Source: a bacterium (GTDB taxonomy: Bacteria; Tectomicrobia; Entotheonellia; J063; CAVPRW01). From it: 64,000 nucleotides of DNA. The stretch lies in assembly GCA_046727435.1 (NCBI GenBank), contig JBKPCR010000099.1:253-64252 (forward strand), given 5' to 3'. Below the pieces are notes generated by a model, which had not been told where the DNA came from, ran no database searches, and saw only the letters and a program-made list of their open reading frames with translations. The translations under genes were made by a program, and so were the position numbers. This document shows positions 61,982 to 64,000 of the stretch, in pieces; the stretch's first letter is position 1, and every line of letters starts with the position of its first letter.

Positions 61982-63276
61982 TTAAGATGGTTGGGATTGC
62001 GCTGCAGTCGTGCAGACTTGATGCATTGGAGGAGATTCGCCCTTATCTGGCTCCCAATGCCATTCCGCCGCCTCATGGAAGACGCCGAAATGGGGACTGA
62101 GCAGATGGTGCCGTACGTGGAACGTCATACCCATCTGCGCCGAGTAAAGCTGTTGGAACTTTGTATCCCACACCATTACATGAATGGCATACAGTTCGGC
62201 CACCAGTTTGAGAGGAGGCGTCAAGACTTCGATCATTCCCTTGCCATAGAGGGAGAGGATACTGAGCCCATCCATGGCGGTGTTGTAATTGCAACAGGGC
62301 ACGTTGTCGCCGCGTATGAAGCTGACATTGAAATTGGGACACTCGATCGGCTGGGTCGCATCGAAGTGCAAGCGTATCCGCATGCGCTCGCCGTAATCGA
62401 AAATGCGCCGCGATTGGCCATGTTCATCGAGGACTTCGATGTCGGTAATGGCGATGGGGCGCTTGGACGGATCGGCATCGATCATGCCCTGGGCCCAGGG
62501 GGCCGTGCTCAAGCGGCTGTCCCCTTCGTATAACTGAATGGCGTCCTCCGGCGGACCATCGAATTGCACCTGCCCGTCGGCCATATAGATGACGCGATTG
62601 CAGAGGGCTTTGACGGCGAACATGTTGTGCGACACGAACAGCACGGTTGCATTGCCTTCCTGGAGGCGTTTGGCGTACTCCAGACATTTGCGCTGGAAGG
62701 CCAGATCGCCGACCGACAAGACCTCATCGATCAGCAGGATGTCCGGGTCTAAGTGAGCAGCCACCGCGAAGGCCAAACGCATGTACATGCCGCTGGAATA
62801 GTGCTTCACGGGCGTATCCATGAATTTTTCAACCTCGGCAAAAGCGACGATCTGGTCGAACTTGCGGTCGATCTCAGCCTTCGGCATGCCCAGAATGGCG
62901 CCGCTCAGGTAAAGGTTCTCACGTCCCGTGAGCTCCGAATGAAAGCCGGTGCCGACCTCGAGCAGCGATCCTATCCGTCCCCAAAGCTCTGCGCGCCCTG
63001 TTGTCGGTCGGGTTATGCGCGACAGGATTTTCAGCAGTGTGCTCTTGCCGGCACCATTGCGCCCGATGATCCCAACCAGTTCCCCACGCCTGACCTCGAA
63101 TGACACATCTCGAAGGGCCCAGAGCGTGCCATCGCCCACATGCAGGCGGCCATTACGCCGAAAGAGCGCTCTGGTGCTCGCCATCAGTTGGTCGCACAGG
63201 GTAGTATGGTGCTCTCTGGTCTGGCCGATCTTGTACTGCTTACCGAGATGCTCTGCTCTTAGCGCTAGTTCATTCA
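61982..63276 (-). CDS. wzt: ABC transporter ATP-binding protein, Wzt/KpsT type, with a C-terminal glycan-binding domain.
   Basis: The true start is MNELALRAEHLGKQ at 63276. Walker A GRNGAGKST, signature YSSGM, Walker B LLIDE. An about 160-aa C-terminal extension is typical of O-antigen Wzt. Confidence 0.85.
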
Positions 63277-63987
63277 TCAAATCACATCCGCAAAGGTCTG
63301 TTCCATGTGTTTGAAGAAGATCACCCCGCCGATCAGCAGCGCGATGACCGCGATGACGCTCACCATCATGATGCCGACATCCGGGCTCTGTTTTCCGAGG
63401 AGTGCCCAGCGGAAGCCCTCGATAACGCCGGCCATAGGGTTCAGGCCATAAAGCACCCGCCACCCCTCTGGCACCACGCTCACCGGGTAAGCGACGGGCG
63501 AGGCATACATCCAGCATTGGATGAGGAAGGGGACCGTGTGTCGAACATCACGGTAGCGGACGTTGAGGGCCGAGAGCCACAGACCAACAGCCAGAGCGGT
63601 GAGGAGCCCCAGGAGGAGGAAGCCGGGAAGCATGATGATGCCCCAGGTCGGGCTCACGCCATACCACGCCATCATGGCCAAGAGGAGGATGAAGGCCAGG
63701 AGGAAGTCGACCGCCGGTGAGACGACTGCCGCCAGCGGCATGATGAGTCGCGGGAAATACACTTTGCGAATGAGCTGAGCATCGCCGACGAGGCTGACGC
63801 TACTGCGGGTCATCGCTTCGGAGAAATAGGTCCACGGTAGCAAGGCAACAAGGGTGAAGAGCGGATATGGCAAGCCGTCGGATGGCACATTGACGAACAT
63901 GCCGAAGATCACTGTAAAAATCGCCATTGTCATCAAGGGCTGGAGTACCGCCCAGGCGACACCAAGCACCGTTTGTTTATAGCGCAC
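63277..63987 (-). CDS. wzm: ABC-2 type transporter permease (Wzm); the 5' end may extend beyond the window.
   Basis: Six TM helices. The stop abuts the wzt start. No in-frame stop occurs between 63987 and the window end. Confidence 0.75.
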   Translation of the reverse strand: MRYKQTVLGVAWAVLQPLMTMAIFTVIFGMFVNVPSDGLPYPLFTLVALLPWTYFSEAMTRSSVSLVGDAQLIRKVYFPRLIMPLAAVVSPAVDFLLAFILLLAMMAWYGVSPTWGIIMLPGFLLLGLLTALAVGLWLSALNVRYRDVRHTVPFLIQCWMYASPVAYPVSVVPEGWRVLYGLNPMAGVIEGFRWALLGKQSPDVGIMMVSVIAVIALLIGGVIFFKHMEQTFADVI

Positions 63988-64000
63988 CTTGACCTCGCGC

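Noticed and set aside
1-64000. Search for CRISPR arrays, rRNA and tRNA
   Set aside because: No short regularly spaced direct repeats, no rRNA-like conserved stretches and no obvious tRNA cloverleafs were seen. tRNAscan was not possible.

Overview
This window is GC-rich bacterial DNA. The beta-barrel outer-membrane protein suggests a Gram-negative host, but the taxon is not determined. It is dominated by a large surface-glycan / exopolysaccharide biosynthesis island, almost all on the minus strand from about 28.3 kb to the window end. The island carries a Wza-like exporter and a Wzz-like N-terminal fragment next to a PilZ (c-di-GMP receptor) gene, at least six glycosyltransferases (GT4 and GT2), an O-antigen-ligase-like polymerase, and a FemAB-like protein. 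It also has an AsnB-type amidotransferase and an acyl-CoA ligase / acyl carrier protein / SDR reductase / acyltransferase module. This gene set is typical of exosortase (PEP-CTERM) associated EPS loci, though no exosortase gene lies in the window. Two UDP-amino-sugar modules are present: a WbpB-like dehydrogenase with a fused WbpD/WbpE-like acetyltransferase-aminotransferase, and a DegT/PglD-like/epimerase set. A Wzm/Wzt ABC exporter is partly cut by the window end, and an MFS transporter and a TolB-like beta-propeller are nearby. Embedded in the locus is an 8.6-kb gene for a 2881-aa secreted multidomain protein (four DUF4082-like CPCSLWS repeats, Ig-like and lectin-like domains, a central enzyme-like domain) followed by a small low-GC Cys-rich secreted protein. 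The 5' third of the window is a decayed, mobile-element-rich accessory zone. It holds GT2, ArnT-like and LuxR-type remnants, a frameshifted DDE_Tnp_4-family IS transposase with a group II intron (RT/maturase) nested beside it, and three decayed copies of a secreted FN3/PKD/LamG protein family. It also holds an intact LamG / galactose-oxidase-like (kelch) secreted protein and a coiled-coil protein with four perfect 54-bp in-frame tandem repeats. I saw no rRNA, tRNA or CRISPR arrays. Because the region is GC-rich, many ORF-track entries inside or antisense to the real genes are spurious.
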